From positions 1 through 43,098 of IMG/VR virus record IMGVR_UViG_3300034079_000007: a stretch of DNA of 43,098 nucleotides, one strand, 5' to 3'. This document shows positions 1-8,567 of the stretch, piece by piece. The notes beneath the pieces were generated by a model that searched no databases, was not told where the DNA came from, and saw only the letters and a program-made list of their open reading frames with translations. How positions within the stretch are numbered: position 1 is the stretch's first letter; each line of letters begins with the position of its first letter. The position numbers and the translations under genes were made by a program. This DNA is from a virus. Taxonomy: Duplodnaviria; Caudoviricetes.

Positions 1-127
1 GTGGTTGGGGCAAGTTATTGGCAGCACTTGGCAAAACAAAAGCAGATGATGAACTGGTAACTATTGAATACATCATCAATAGCAATGGAGTGGAAGATGC
101 CATTTGGTGTTTACGTGCAGTGAATGG
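1..127. repeat. Terminal overlap of a circular contig (copy 1)
   Basis: Identical to 42972-43098. It falls inside a CDS, and 127 nt is a common assembler k-mer size. Confidence 0.95.
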
Positions 128-497
128 GCACAGTCAGGACATTGCAAAGTTTGCGAGACAATGCGCAATCGCTGTAAGTCACTTGAGGACTAAACGTGCG
201 ACTGATGATGCTCATGATGCTGCTGCTCATGCTGCTTATGCTGCTGCTCATGCTGCTGCTGCTTCTGCTGCTTCTGCTACTGCTTATGCTGCTGATGCTG
301 CTGATGCTGCTGATGCTGATGCTGCTGCTCATGCTGCTGCTGCTTATGCTGCTGCTTCTGCTGATGCTGCTGCTTATGCTGATGCTGCTGCTTATGCTGC
401 TGCTTCTGCTACTGCTTATGCTGCTGCTAAGAAAGAGTGCCGAGAGAATCAAGCAAAACTGTTGCTTGCAATCTGCAAAGAATGCGAGGATCAGTGA
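3..497 (+). CDS. 3' part of the first early gene (join 42920..42971,1..497; ~182 aa), phage hypothetical protein with Ala-rich low-complexity tract
   Basis: The frame continues across the junction from ATG 42920 (MALVTTLTEIRKHSPCIRGWGKLLAALGKTKADDE...DAIWCLRAV). This N-terminus is a pattern I recognise from many phage hypothetical proteins that have Ala-rich middles. Confidence 0.8.
   Translation, partial: GWGKLLAALGKTKADDELVTIEYIINSNGVEDAIWCLRAVNGHSQDIAKFARQCAIAVSHLRTKRATDDAHDAAAHAAYAAAHAAAASAASATAYAADAADAADADAAAHAAAAYAAASADAAAYADAAAYAAASATAYAAAKKECRENQAKLLLAICKECEDQ
201..428 (+). repeat. Degenerate (GCT)n trinucleotide tract encoding the Ala-rich region
   Basis: Run of GCT codons interspersed only with GAT/CAT/TAT/TCT/ACT. 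Confidence 0.9.
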
Positions 498-676
498 TGC
501 CTGTCCACGATCCACATTTAATCAAAGAGTGCCTAGAACTGATAACAGCAAACAAGGACAAAAGCCTTGATGCATTACAAATGCTGGCATTTGCAGAAGG
601 CTTCACTTTTACTGAATTTCAAGCTGCTGTCAAACAATACATTGACGGCAAAAACTGGCCAAGGGTGCAGCAATAA
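497..676 (+). CDS. Hypothetical protein (59 aa)
   Basis: GAGGA RBS and TGATG stop/start overlap at 495-499. Confidence 0.7.
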   Translation: MPVHDPHLIKECLELITANKDKSLDALQMLAFAEGFTFTEFQAAVKQYIDGKNWPRVQQ

Positions 677-930
677 TGAAACTCACCCACATACATTCAG
701 CAATAATCGCTGTTCAAACAGCGGCACTCAAGCTGCAAATGACAGTCGTTGCACTGCAATTAATGCCAAGGGCATCTCTTGGCTATGCAATTGACCACAA
801 ACCAGCAAGATATCGACACAAACGAGTTTTGCTGATTCGCTGGCTTTGGCATTACAAAATGCTAACACTTTATCGCTTCCACTCATTGGAAGAGTCACAG
901 CTTCACTTTAACAACATCTGGAGAAAATAA
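676..930 (+). CDS. Hypothetical protein (84 aa)
   Basis: TAATG coupling at both ends. Confidence 0.65.
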   Translation: MKLTHIHSAIIAVQTAALKLQMTVVALQLMPRASLGYAIDHKPARYRHKRVLLIRWLWHYKMLTLYRFHSLEESQLHFNNIWRK

Positions 931-1211
931 TGAACACCAAAATTTTCGCAGCAAATGGCATCAATCGCTTGGGCAAAAATACTGCTACTGTAATAGCAGC
1001 AAGTGACGCACAGGATGCCATTGTGCAGGCTAAGCACCATGGGCTGATAGCTCCAATGGTAGAAGAAATACCAGCCAACATTGGTGGATTGCACAGGCCG
1101 TTAGAGTTGATTCTGCAAATTGCAGAAGACACTGCTGAACGTACACTTGCAGGCATCGAACGTGGCCAATATCTTGCAGCGCAAGAAGCTAAGCGTTACA
1201 TTCACTACTAA
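930..1211 (+). CDS. Hypothetical protein (93 aa)
   Basis: GGAG RBS and TAATG coupling. Confidence 0.75.
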   Translation: MNTKIFAANGINRLGKNTATVIAASDAQDAIVQAKHHGLIAPMVEEIPANIGGLHRPLELILQIAEDTAERTLAGIERGQYLAAQEAKRYIHY

Positions 1212-1219
1212 CAAACAAA

Positions 1220-3037
1220 ATGACACAAACAACATCTGAAATAGTAGCCCGTGCACGCGCTCGTCTTGCTGAGATTCAAGCGGAGCATAAAGCGAAAATA
1301 GCAGCTCAAGATAGCGCGCTAAGGGCAAAACTAGCAGAGTCTTCAATACTGTCAGTCTCACCTCACAAGGTAGGCTGGCAGATTGACTCTTCCCAGAACT
1401 GGAACGAGCAGCAGCTATCAGCAATCAATGCTGGAATAGCTGGCAAGAGTTTCTGTCTGATGGGAGCAGCAGGAACTGGTAAGACTACAACCCTCAAGGG
1501 GCTTGTAAACAGTCTTATCAGCAATGCTATTGTCCCTGCGCTTGAAACAAACACCAAGCACTTGAAACTTGGACAACCTGGAATTGTTCTTTGCAGTTTC
1601 ACCAATATGGCAGTTCGCCAGATTGCAAAGCATTTCCCCAAGAACATCCACTGCGTGACAATTCATAAATTGCTGGAATTTGCCCCAGTAAAATATGAAA
1701 TCACCAAGGAAGATGGAACTACTGGCTACACCATGCGATTTGAACCAAGTCGCCATCGAGGTAATCCACTTCCAGCCACGCTAAAGACCATTGTTGTAGA
1801 TGAATCTTCAATGGTAGATACTGATCTCATTAATCTGTTGATTGATGCATTGCCAAACCCAGCAGCAGTTCAATGGATTTTTGTTGGAGACCTCAATCAG
1901 CTTCCACCGGTTTATGGTCATGCGATTCTTGGGCGCAAGTTGCTGGAGCTGCCGGTCATTGAACTGACTCAAGTCTACCGCCAAGCCTTACTCTCTCCTA
2001 TCATCAGTCTGGCCACTGATATCAAAGTCGGCAAGGCAATTGCTTTCACTGACAAACTTGTCATGGATAATGGCGAGCACGGCAAAGTAACAATCCATCC
2101 ATGGAGCAAAGCATTGCAATGGGAGGATGCACTAAATAAGGCGGCAAACTTCTGCAAAGCAGCAATCAAAGAAGAACTCCTTGATGTTTACAAGGATATC
2201 ATCCTCTGCCCCTACAATGTTAATTTCGGTGTAATTGAACTTAACAGTCGCATCGCTGATTGGCTTGGCCGCGAACGAAAAGCGAAAGTAGTAGAAGTTA
2301 TCGCGGGGTTCAATTCCCATTATTATGCACTTGGTGACAAGGTTCTGGTGCGTAAACGGGAAGCAATCATTACTGGCATCAACAAGAATCTACGATATGC
2401 TGGCAAACAGCCAACAAATCCTGATATCTATGAACTTGATCGCTGGGGTGGCGCCAAGAAACGAGCAACTGCTGCCGCATTAAGCGCATCGCAACTTTAC
2501 CAAGCAACTCATGGCAGCATGGATGTTGATGCAATCCTAGAATCCCTCAGCGCCACTCACTCAGAAGTAGAAGATCGCAAACATGCTTGTAGTCATCAAC
2601 TAAAAGTACGATTCATCAATGGCACTGATCCAAGAACCTGGACTGACTTTGACAGTGCAGAGACTGATGAACTCTTTGAAACTGCAACACTTGACACGGC
2701 TGCTGATGTGAATGAAATGCTATTTGCGTACGCCATCACCGTGCATAAGTCACAAGGCAGTGAATGGCGCAAAGTGTTTCTTATCACGCATCAATCACAT
2801 GCTAAGATGCAATCGCGGGAACTGATCTACACTGCCATCACTCGTGCAGCTAAGGAATTATATATTATTTGCGAGCCTGACCGCGGCATGAAAGCAGGAA
2901 CTCTTACACGAGCTGCTAAGAATCCAAGACTAAAAGGAGATACTCTTGCTGAAAAACTTGCTAGCTTGAAGGAAAAGTTTGACCAAGAAGCAAGAGAACA
3001 GCAAAAAGCTGGTAAACTTGTTGAAGATGAGGAGTAA
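1220..3037 (+). CDS. RecD/Dda-like superfamily 1B DNA helicase
   Basis: Motifs GAAGTGKTT, VVDESSMV, VGDLNQLPPV, LTQVYRQ, AYAITVHKSQGSEW and YTAITRA. Confidence 0.93.
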   Translation: MTQTTSEIVARARARLAEIQAEHKAKIAAQDSALRAKLAESSILSVSPHKVGWQIDSSQNWNEQQLSAINAGIAGKSFCLMGAAGTGKTTTLKGLVNSLISNAIVPALETNTKHLKLGQPGIVLCSFTNMAVRQIAKHFPKNIHCVTIHKLLEFAPVKYEITKEDGTTGYTMRFEPSRHRGNPLPATLKTIVVDESSMVDTDLINLLIDALPNPAAVQWIFVGDLNQLPPVYGHAILGRKLLELPVIELTQVYRQALLSPIISLATDIKVGKAIAFTDKLVMDNGEHGKVTIHPWSKALQWEDALNKAANFCKAAIKEELLDVYKDIILCPYNVNFGVIELNSRIADWLGRERKAKVVEVIAGFNSHYYALGDKVLVRKREAIITGINKNLRYAGKQPTNPDIYELDRWGGAKKRATAAALSASQLYQATHGSMDVDAILESLSATHSEVEDRKHACSHQLKVRFINGTDPRTWTDFDSAETDELFETATLDTAADVNEMLFAYAITVHKSQGSEWRKVFLITHQSHAKMQSRELIYTAITRAAKELYIICEPDRGMKAGTLTRAAKNPRLKGDTLAEKLASLKEKFDQEAREQQKAGKLVEDEE

Positions 3038-3042
3038 TAATT

Positions 3043-3135
3043 GTGAAACAATACTGCTTATTGCTAATTTGGATTCTTGTACTCATTTGCTGGTTGCTTG
3101 CAACTGCTGATGAATGCTTGATTGTGTGCAATTAA
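3043..3135 (+). CDS. Small membrane peptide (30 aa; MKQYCLLLIWILVLICWLLATADECLIVCN)
   Basis: Below the ORF-track cutoff. GAGGAG RBS 8 nt before GTG, one hydrophobic helix, fills the intergenic gap. Confidence 0.55.
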   Translation: MKQYCLLLIWILVLICWLLATADECLIVCN

Positions 3136-3166
3136 CTGAATGAAAACAACCTGAAAGGAAATCATC

Positions 3167-3442
3167 ATGGAAAAACCTAAATTCACTGTTTGCAGGATTC
3201 CGCTTAGCGTATTCGACGCTGAATGGGCTGGATTTGATACCCAATTATCAGCTATCCGGCCGAAATGCCAGCTTGCCACAAAGCAGCGGCCATTCACAGA
3301 TAGGGAACTTGAACTATTTATTGCCCCCGCCATCGCCTATGGGTTTACGCATCTTCTTGTTTTTGAGGGCGAGAAACTAAACATGGTAATGAACCTCAAA
3401 ACAAAAACAGCAGAATTTCGTAACCTCCGCAAAGGACTGTAA
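3167..3442 (+). CDS. Hypothetical protein (91 aa)
   Basis: AAAGGA RBS and atcATG start context. Confidence 0.75.
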   Translation: MEKPKFTVCRIPLSVFDAEWAGFDTQLSAIRPKCQLATKQRPFTDRELELFIAPAIAYGFTHLLVFEGEKLNMVMNLKTKTAEFRNLRKGL

Positions 3443-3445
3443 ATC

Positions 3446-3667
3446 ATGGAACAATCTGAATTTATGGACCCAAAACCACAACTGTCAAAAGCTGCCTTGG
3501 AATCTTGCAGAATCTACTGGCGTGCTCAACAGTACTCAGCTAGCAAAATACTTCGGCATGCCTATGAGCGCGAATCTGCAATAATAGATCAATTAGCAGC
3601 TGACGCAATTATGACGAGACATGCGCACTTACTAACTCCTCCACTGCAATCACCTGAAAGAGATTAA
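3446..3667 (+). CDS. Hypothetical protein (73 aa)
   Basis: AAGGA RBS, tight packing. Confidence 0.7.
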   Translation: MEQSEFMDPKPQLSKAALESCRIYWRAQQYSASKILRHAYERESAIIDQLAADAIMTRHAHLLTPPLQSPERD

Positions 3668-3672
3668 ACATC

Positions 3673-4836
3673 ATGGAACAATTTGAATCATCACAAACGC
3701 ACCCACTAATTTGCCGCTATACTGGCATAGTAGTAGGCAGTCTCACTGTCAAGAAAGTGGCAGGACACATACCATTCCTGAGTCAGTGGAGAGAGTCACA
3801 AGCAATACACCCACTATTCAGTTTGGAACCAACAGCGTTGGTGCAATTCAGCCGCAACGCTTGGACTAATTTCTGCTCACTCACGCAAGAAGAAGCAAGT
3901 GATCCAAAGATCATAAGCAAGCAGGAAGAAATTATCAGAGTTACAGCACTCGCACTGGTGCATAAACTTACAACAGTAGATCAAACAATCTATTGGATGC
4001 CAACACTCCAAGAAGTCTATATAAACTGGACTTCGCTACTCCAGTTGAGTTACTGGAAAAACTACCTGGAATCAAAGCGGTTCCATTTCCCGTCAGTAAG
4101 AATCAACAGGATCAACAATGGCATTGATCTTACTGGCTTCATCCAAGACTGTTGGGCTATTAAGAAAGCCTACGAAACAAAGATCATTGAAGTAGAAGAA
4201 GCAGGTCGAGCAAAGTCAGCAGAAGCTGCACTCAAGGGACTGCGAGATGAAGTAGCAGGCAAAGCACCAAAGAGTAAGAAATTGCTGTGGCGCTGGTTCC
4301 TCGCTCACATCCCAAGTCGCTATGCCAGAGATACTGAGGGTTGGATGTGGGAACTCTTTGATGCTGAGACTGAACAAGAAATCAGTGAGTTCACAATGGC
4401 AGACATTGATCTGTTCGAGGAAATCTTCCTCTGTGAAGTACCAACAGGTTCAAGCATCAGCGCTGCTTTCTTAGAGCGACTGCGCCATAAGCGGACAATA
4501 CTTGAAACAAAGTTTGAAAGTTTTGAGATTCTCATTCCTGCCGCCATTACTGCTGCAGTAGCAGCTGGCACAATCAGCAAAGAAGAGCCTAAACCGGGAG
4601 ATTTTGCCAACCGCGCGCAGTTTCTTGTTGCTCATGCTCGCTACAAACTGGCAAACACCGACATGACCAAGCACCGGCAAGCAACAATTGCCAAGCAAGC
4701 GTCTGTTACTGTCAACCCAACCTACGTACCAGATATCACTGAAATCATCCCCTCGCTGGCAGATGTTGAGGAGGACGGGGATGTTGGTATTGAAATTGTG
4801 GATGACGAAACAATCACTGGCGAACAGGAGGAATGA
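3673..4836 (+). CDS. Hypothetical protein (387 aa) with acidic C-terminal tail
   Basis: Long ORF in the operon. No catalytic motif recognised. Confidence 0.85.
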   Translation: MEQFESSQTHPLICRYTGIVVGSLTVKKVAGHIPFLSQWRESQAIHPLFSLEPTALVQFSRNAWTNFCSLTQEEASDPKIISKQEEIIRVTALALVHKLTTVDQTIYWMPTLQEVYINWTSLLQLSYWKNYLESKRFHFPSVRINRINNGIDLTGFIQDCWAIKKAYETKIIEVEEAGRAKSAEAALKGLRDEVAGKAPKSKKLLWRWFLAHIPSRYARDTEGWMWELFDAETEQEISEFTMADIDLFEEIFLCEVPTGSSISAAFLERLRHKRTILETKFESFEILIPAAITAAVAAGTISKEEPKPGDFANRAQFLVAHARYKLANTDMTKHRQATIAKQASVTVNPTYVPDITEIIPSLADVEEDGDVGIEIVDDETITGEQEE

Positions 4837-4839
4837 AGT

Positions 4840-5316
4840 ATGGACAAGCTAGCAGGATTTAGTATCAAGGAAAACTGGACAGCGCAGACCAGCAATTCCA
4901 AAGGACTAGCAGATTTGTACAACCTGGAATACGCAGACCTTGTGGAACTAGAAGATGCTAGGCGCCGGGTGATAGCTACCAGCTTTTTCTTACCGCATGA
5001 CGTACTTGAGAGCAGCTATGACTTGAAAGTAAGCCAGATATCTGTATTCACTCAAGATGACTTCATGGATTTCTGGTTGTCAGTACTAGCTGATGAAACT
5101 ATTCATACCCATGCAGATGTTGACAGGTTATTGCTGGTTCTTGCAAAGCATGTGGGAGTATCAGCAAGATGGTATTGCGGAAAACTATTCGTAGTCTGCA
5201 GGGTGTGGTATGGCAATCCACCAGCACAGGCAAAACTAGGCAGTCCAAAGATGCTAGGAAATTACAGGCTGCAAAAGCTACTGCAATTCTGTGGTCTGGT
5301 TCCAATTAGCAAGTAG
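4840..5316 (+). CDS. Hypothetical protein (158 aa)
   Basis: GGAGG RBS, tight packing. Confidence 0.75.
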   Translation: MDKLAGFSIKENWTAQTSNSKGLADLYNLEYADLVELEDARRRVIATSFFLPHDVLESSYDLKVSQISVFTQDDFMDFWLSVLADETIHTHADVDRLLLVLAKHVGVSARWYCGKLFVVCRVWYGNPPAQAKLGSPKMLGNYRLQKLLQFCGLVPISK

Positions 5317-5325
5317 GAGATCCAA

Positions 5326-5529
5326 ATGGATACATGCTGGTTTAAGTTACTGGGCAGCGGCTTCCTCATAGCATACTGCTGGATCTTATACTGGTGGATA
5401 TGCTGCGCCTATGAGACACTATATGAAGACGAAGATCCTTGGGATCAAGGATATTCGCTGGACAAATCACCGTCAACAACATCAACAACTTCAAGCACTG
5501 AAAAGGACACTAACCATGGATGCCAATAA
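5326..5529 (+). CDS. Small membrane-anchored protein (67 aa)
   Basis: AGGAG RBS. Cys/Trp-rich N-terminal hydrophobic helix followed by an acidic, Ser/Thr-rich tail. Confidence 0.6.
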   Translation: MDTCWFKLLGSGFLIAYCWILYWWICCAYETLYEDEDPWDQGYSLDKSPSTTSTTSSTEKDTNHGCQ

Positions 5530-5845
5530 AGCACTGGAAATATCAACTCATGTTATTCGCTTGCGTCAAGCGCTAGCATGGGATCTTGCAACTCTGCGGC
5601 GGCATACTGCTGGTACTTTCAATGTTGTTCGATTGCAAATGCTAGATGCAAACAATACCCAATTGGTATTGAATACCACAGACTTGGAAAAACTTGTTGC
5701 TTCAATTGCTGCTACTGAGATAAACTGGCTAGAATCTAATGGTGTAGAACTAGACAGTTTGCTGGAAGAATTCAAGCAGGCTGGCACCAAGATTCTCGGT
5801 CAACAAGAAAGCGAAAACCCACTTGACAAGCCACACGGGGCATGA
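5516..5845 (+). CDS. Hypothetical protein (109 aa, MDANKALEIS...)
   Basis: AAGGA RBS before ATG 5516, preferred over the upstream start at 5411. Confidence 0.7.
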   Translation: MDANKALEISTHVIRLRQALAWDLATLRRHTAGTFNVVRLQMLDANNTQLVLNTTDLEKLVASIAATEINWLESNGVELDSLLEEFKQAGTKILGQQESENPLDKPHGA

Positions 5846-5851
5846 TACACT
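5823..5851 (+). promoter_or_regulatory. Strong sigma70 promoter
   Basis: TTGACA-17 bp-TACACT with extended -10 TG at 5843-5844. Confidence 0.8.
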
Positions 5852-5943
5852 GTGTGTTCCTTAGGTGGAAATAGCACTTGAAGTTTCCACAGGATTTTCC
5901 CGGCAATTTTGCCATTAACAACCCCTCTCTAGGAGTTACTCAA

Positions 5944-6600
5944 ATGTCTGAAGCTCAAATGGTCAAGCAAAACTTCCATTTCAAAACTGAAAAGATTCGC
6001 AATGAGAAGAACGAAGTCATTGGCGAAGGCAAGAAACATCCCAGTGTTGAACTGGATTTGCCAGTTCCGACACTGGATGCTCTTGCTGAGTTCATCAGTG
6101 ATCCTGCAAAGTATGCAAAGGAAGTTGAACTGTTGCTGAGCACGCTGACCGATCAGGTCTATCGCATTGCTCGCCAACAGATCAATGACTTCCGCGACAA
6201 GCAGGAAAACAAGGATGCAACTGTTACTGCCTCTGTGTTGGACTATGACAAACTGTCGTGGTCTGCCATTGCCAACATGCCCAAGGCAGAGCGTGCATCT
6301 TCTGTTCCTGGCGACGAAGATATCAAGGCATTCCTCACCATGTATGCCGATATCATGCCGGCTGCAATGAGCAAAAACAAGGAACAGATCGAGAATCATG
6401 TTCTTTGCTTCCAGACTGGCTTCAAGAAACAGCGGTCGCAGAAAGAAATCCTGGAGTTCTTCAAGCAAGCCATTGCCATCTTCGCAGCAACTGCTGGCGA
6501 GGAAGCAGTTGGCGAACACCTGGAAGTCATCGAATACTTCAGCAACCGGCTGGACAAGATGCTGCAAGCTGAAGAGAAGATCACGCTGGATTCTCTGTAA
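5944..6600 (+). CDS. Probably highly expressed ~218-aa protein, possible DNA-binding/regulatory protein (tentatively T5 D2-like); paralog of 41257..41907
   Basis: AGGAG RBS before ATG 5944, own promoter and terminator, frequent TTC/AAC/CTG/ATC codons. The D2 similarity is from memory and unverified. Confidence 0.8.
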   Translation: MSEAQMVKQNFHFKTEKIRNEKNEVIGEGKKHPSVELDLPVPTLDALAEFISDPAKYAKEVELLLSTLTDQVYRIARQQINDFRDKQENKDATVTASVLDYDKLSWSAIANMPKAERASSVPGDEDIKAFLTMYADIMPAAMSKNKEQIENHVLCFQTGFKKQRSQKEILEFFKQAIAIFAATAGEEAVGEHLEVIEYFSNRLDKMLQAEEKITLDSL

Positions 6601-6629
6601 TCTCCTCTAGGCTACTGCCTAACTTGAAC

Positions 6630-6668
6630 AAACCCCTGCTGCTTAGAAATAGGCGCAGGGGTTTTTCT
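6630..6668 (+). terminator. Intrinsic terminator
   Basis: AAACCCCTGC...GCAGGGGTTT stem followed by a T-tract. Confidence 0.8.
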
Positions 6669-6800
6669 ATTTATGAGAGGGTACTGTTTATTGGATGTTT
6701 CCATCCTGCTAAGGGCCTGATAGTTCCCGCTAATGCAAACTTAAGTATCCTCTCACCCTTCATCAATAGTAATAGCATTCAACCAACCTTTGGAATAATC

Positions 6801-7022
6801 ATGGCTAAAAGTAAGAAAGACAATCCCACTCGCGCCGCCTTGCTACAAGCAGGAAACATTCGCCGCAGTGAATATAACGTTCAAGAGTCAGGTGCACAGA
6901 TTGGCAGAACTTATAGCAAGCAAGATTCTCAGGCACTGGCGATTGCTGCAAGACGGAATGAGTTTCGTAAAACTGTCAAGGTGCAGCAGCAAAAACAACA
7001 AGGCACAAGCAATGGCAACTAA
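6801..7022 (+). CDS. Small basic protein (73 aa, MAKSKKDNPTR...)
   Basis: GGA RBS and atcATG at 6801. The longer ORF-track version runs through the terminator. Confidence 0.7.
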   Translation: MAKSKKDNPTRAALLQAGNIRRSEYNVQESGAQIGRTYSKQDSQALAIAARRNEFRKTVKVQQQKQQGTSNGN

Positions 7023-7356
7023 ACTAATCAGCAAGACTGCCCAGTTAGACTTGCTGCTAGCTAGCGATACTTGCGAGTCTGTCGCCGCCAAAGACACCAA
7101 ACAGCAATCAACTCGCCTGACTGGCTTACTTAAGGGATTCATCTACAAGGATGAACTATACATTCGCTGTATTCCAGTGAAAGCGCTATTCAACAGCAAT
7201 CTAATCCATGGCGCAACTGTTCGCGGTGATATCTTTGCAATGCGAGTATCAGACCAGGGACTGACTATTGTTCCTGGAAAAGCACAGGTGCAACATGTTA
7301 TCCTTGCCAAGGACTTGGTGCAGGCATCTATGGTATTAGTAGATGATCCTCGCTGA
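7012..7356 (+). CDS. Hypothetical protein (114 aa, MATKLISK...)
   Basis: ATG 7012 overlaps the end of the upstream gene. Confidence 0.7.
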   Translation: MATKLISKTAQLDLLLASDTCESVAAKDTKQQSTRLTGLLKGFIYKDELYIRCIPVKALFNSNLIHGATVRGDIFAMRVSDQGLTIVPGKAQVQHVILAKDLVQASMVLVDDPR

Positions 7357-7630
7357 CATTTTCGAGAAACTCTTAGAAGCTCGCACTGTGATCCTTGTCT
7401 TGCCTGACAGGAAAACAGCAGAGATCCCAAGAGTTTCTCTCCTTCGTAAGTTTAAAGACTACAAGCAGCAGATGGCTGCTCTTGGGTTTCTTGATCCTAG
7501 CCTTGAGAATGCTGTAGTTTCTCTTGAGTGGGATGAAGAAAATAAACTTGCAACCTTTTATCTACGCGAGCGCAAGAGTCGTAGCGTGGATTACACCCTT
7601 GTGGAGCCAGCAGATGCCGCGAAAGTATAA
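7343..7630 (+). CDS. Hypothetical protein (95 aa)
   Basis: Overlapping, operon-like packing. Confidence 0.7.
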   Translation: MILADIFEKLLEARTVILVLPDRKTAEIPRVSLLRKFKDYKQQMAALGFLDPSLENAVVSLEWDEENKLATFYLRERKSRSVDYTLVEPADAAKV

Positions 7631-7871
7631 AAAAATTTGGGATGCAATTAAGCAAGTCAAGGTTGGTCAAGAGGTGCCAGTAAGAGTACACAAGACTGCA
7701 GCCAAGACTTTGCGACAAGCTGTACTCAAGGAGAAAAGCATGGAGACTGCACCTAAGAAACAACTTGGAATGCGTTACGCTGGTAAGTTGGAGATCAGGG
7801 AAGAGCCTGTTCCAAACACCGACACTGTTATTGTTTACTTCAAACTTTCTTGGGACGGAACCAGACTATGA
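7614..7871 (+). CDS. Small basic protein (85 aa, MPRKYKKIW...)
   Basis: GGAG RBS before ATG 7614. Confidence 0.7.
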   Translation: MPRKYKKIWDAIKQVKVGQEVPVRVHKTAAKTLRQAVLKEKSMETAPKKQLGMRYAGKLEIREEPVPNTDTVIVYFKLSWDGTRL

Positions 7872-8302
7872 GTAATGACACTGATAAGATCAAAAACCCA
7901 CATGCAAATATCCAGATCAAGAGTTTGGACAAATCGCTGCTGGAAGAGCAAGATCGGCAGATTGCTGAATTCAAACCACAGCAAGTAGCAGGGCCAGATG
8001 ATTCTGGAATCCATGCCCACAAACCGCTATCACCTGAGCAACTTGCTGCTGCTCATGTGACTGATAAAGTTTACATGTTTCCTGAAAGTTATACAGCTTT
8101 GCGGCGTGAACTCTCAGAACACTGGCCGAATCTCTGGGCGCTAGTTGCATGGCGCATGGCATTCAAAGCAGAAGAATTCATGGAATACATGAATGAGGCA
8201 CTTGATCTGCGACTGCAATTTGACACTCAAAAAGTGGATGCCATCTGTAAGATATATCTAGATGCTCTTCGCAAGAAGCGTGGTATTTCTAGCGTTCACT
8301 AG
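7868..8302 (+). CDS. Hypothetical protein (144 aa, MSNDTDKIK...)
   Basis: ATGA start/stop overlap at 7868-7871. Confidence 0.75.
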   Translation: MSNDTDKIKNPHANIQIKSLDKSLLEEQDRQIAEFKPQQVAGPDDSGIHAHKPLSPEQLAAAHVTDKVYMFPESYTALRRELSEHWPNLWALVAWRMAFKAEEFMEYMNEALDLRLQFDTQKVDAICKIYLDALRKKRGISSVH

Positions 8303-8303
8303 A

Positions 8304-8323
8304 TTTTTTTTGCCCCCCCCCCC
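8304..8323 (+). repeat. Intergenic homopolymers T8-G-C11
   Basis: Seen directly in the sequence. Confidence 0.9.
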
Positions 8324-8354
8324 TATATAACCTCTAATCTTTGGAGAACTTATC

Positions 8355-8567
8355 ATGAAATTCCGGTTCTATATCACATCCACTTTTGATGGCAGCATTA
8401 CTGGTACTGACAGTGAAGAGATTGCGCGTAACTACGCACAGTCAGAAGAGTGCTTTGTAGTGGACGCTGAAACAGGAATCTGGCTGGCAAGTGAAGACCG
8501 TGAGGTTCCAATACAGCAGACAGGATCAGCTAACTATACAGCGTTTGACGGGGAAAACAATGAGTGA
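8355..8567 (+). CDS. Hypothetical protein (70 aa)
   Basis: GGAG RBS and atcATG. Confidence 0.75.
   Translation: MKFRFYITSTFDGSITGTDSEEIARNYAQSEECFVVDAETGIWLASEDREVPIQQTGSANYTAFDGENNE

Noticed and set aside
201-428. Diversity-generating retroelement variable region (codons vary at positions 1-2)
   Set aside because: No reverse transcriptase and no second template copy seen; trinucleotide slippage explains the pattern.
111-570. Poly-Ser (111..515, -) and poly-Leu/Met (196..570, +) ORFs
   Set aside because: They are alternative-frame shadows of the GCT tract, with no RBS or independent support.
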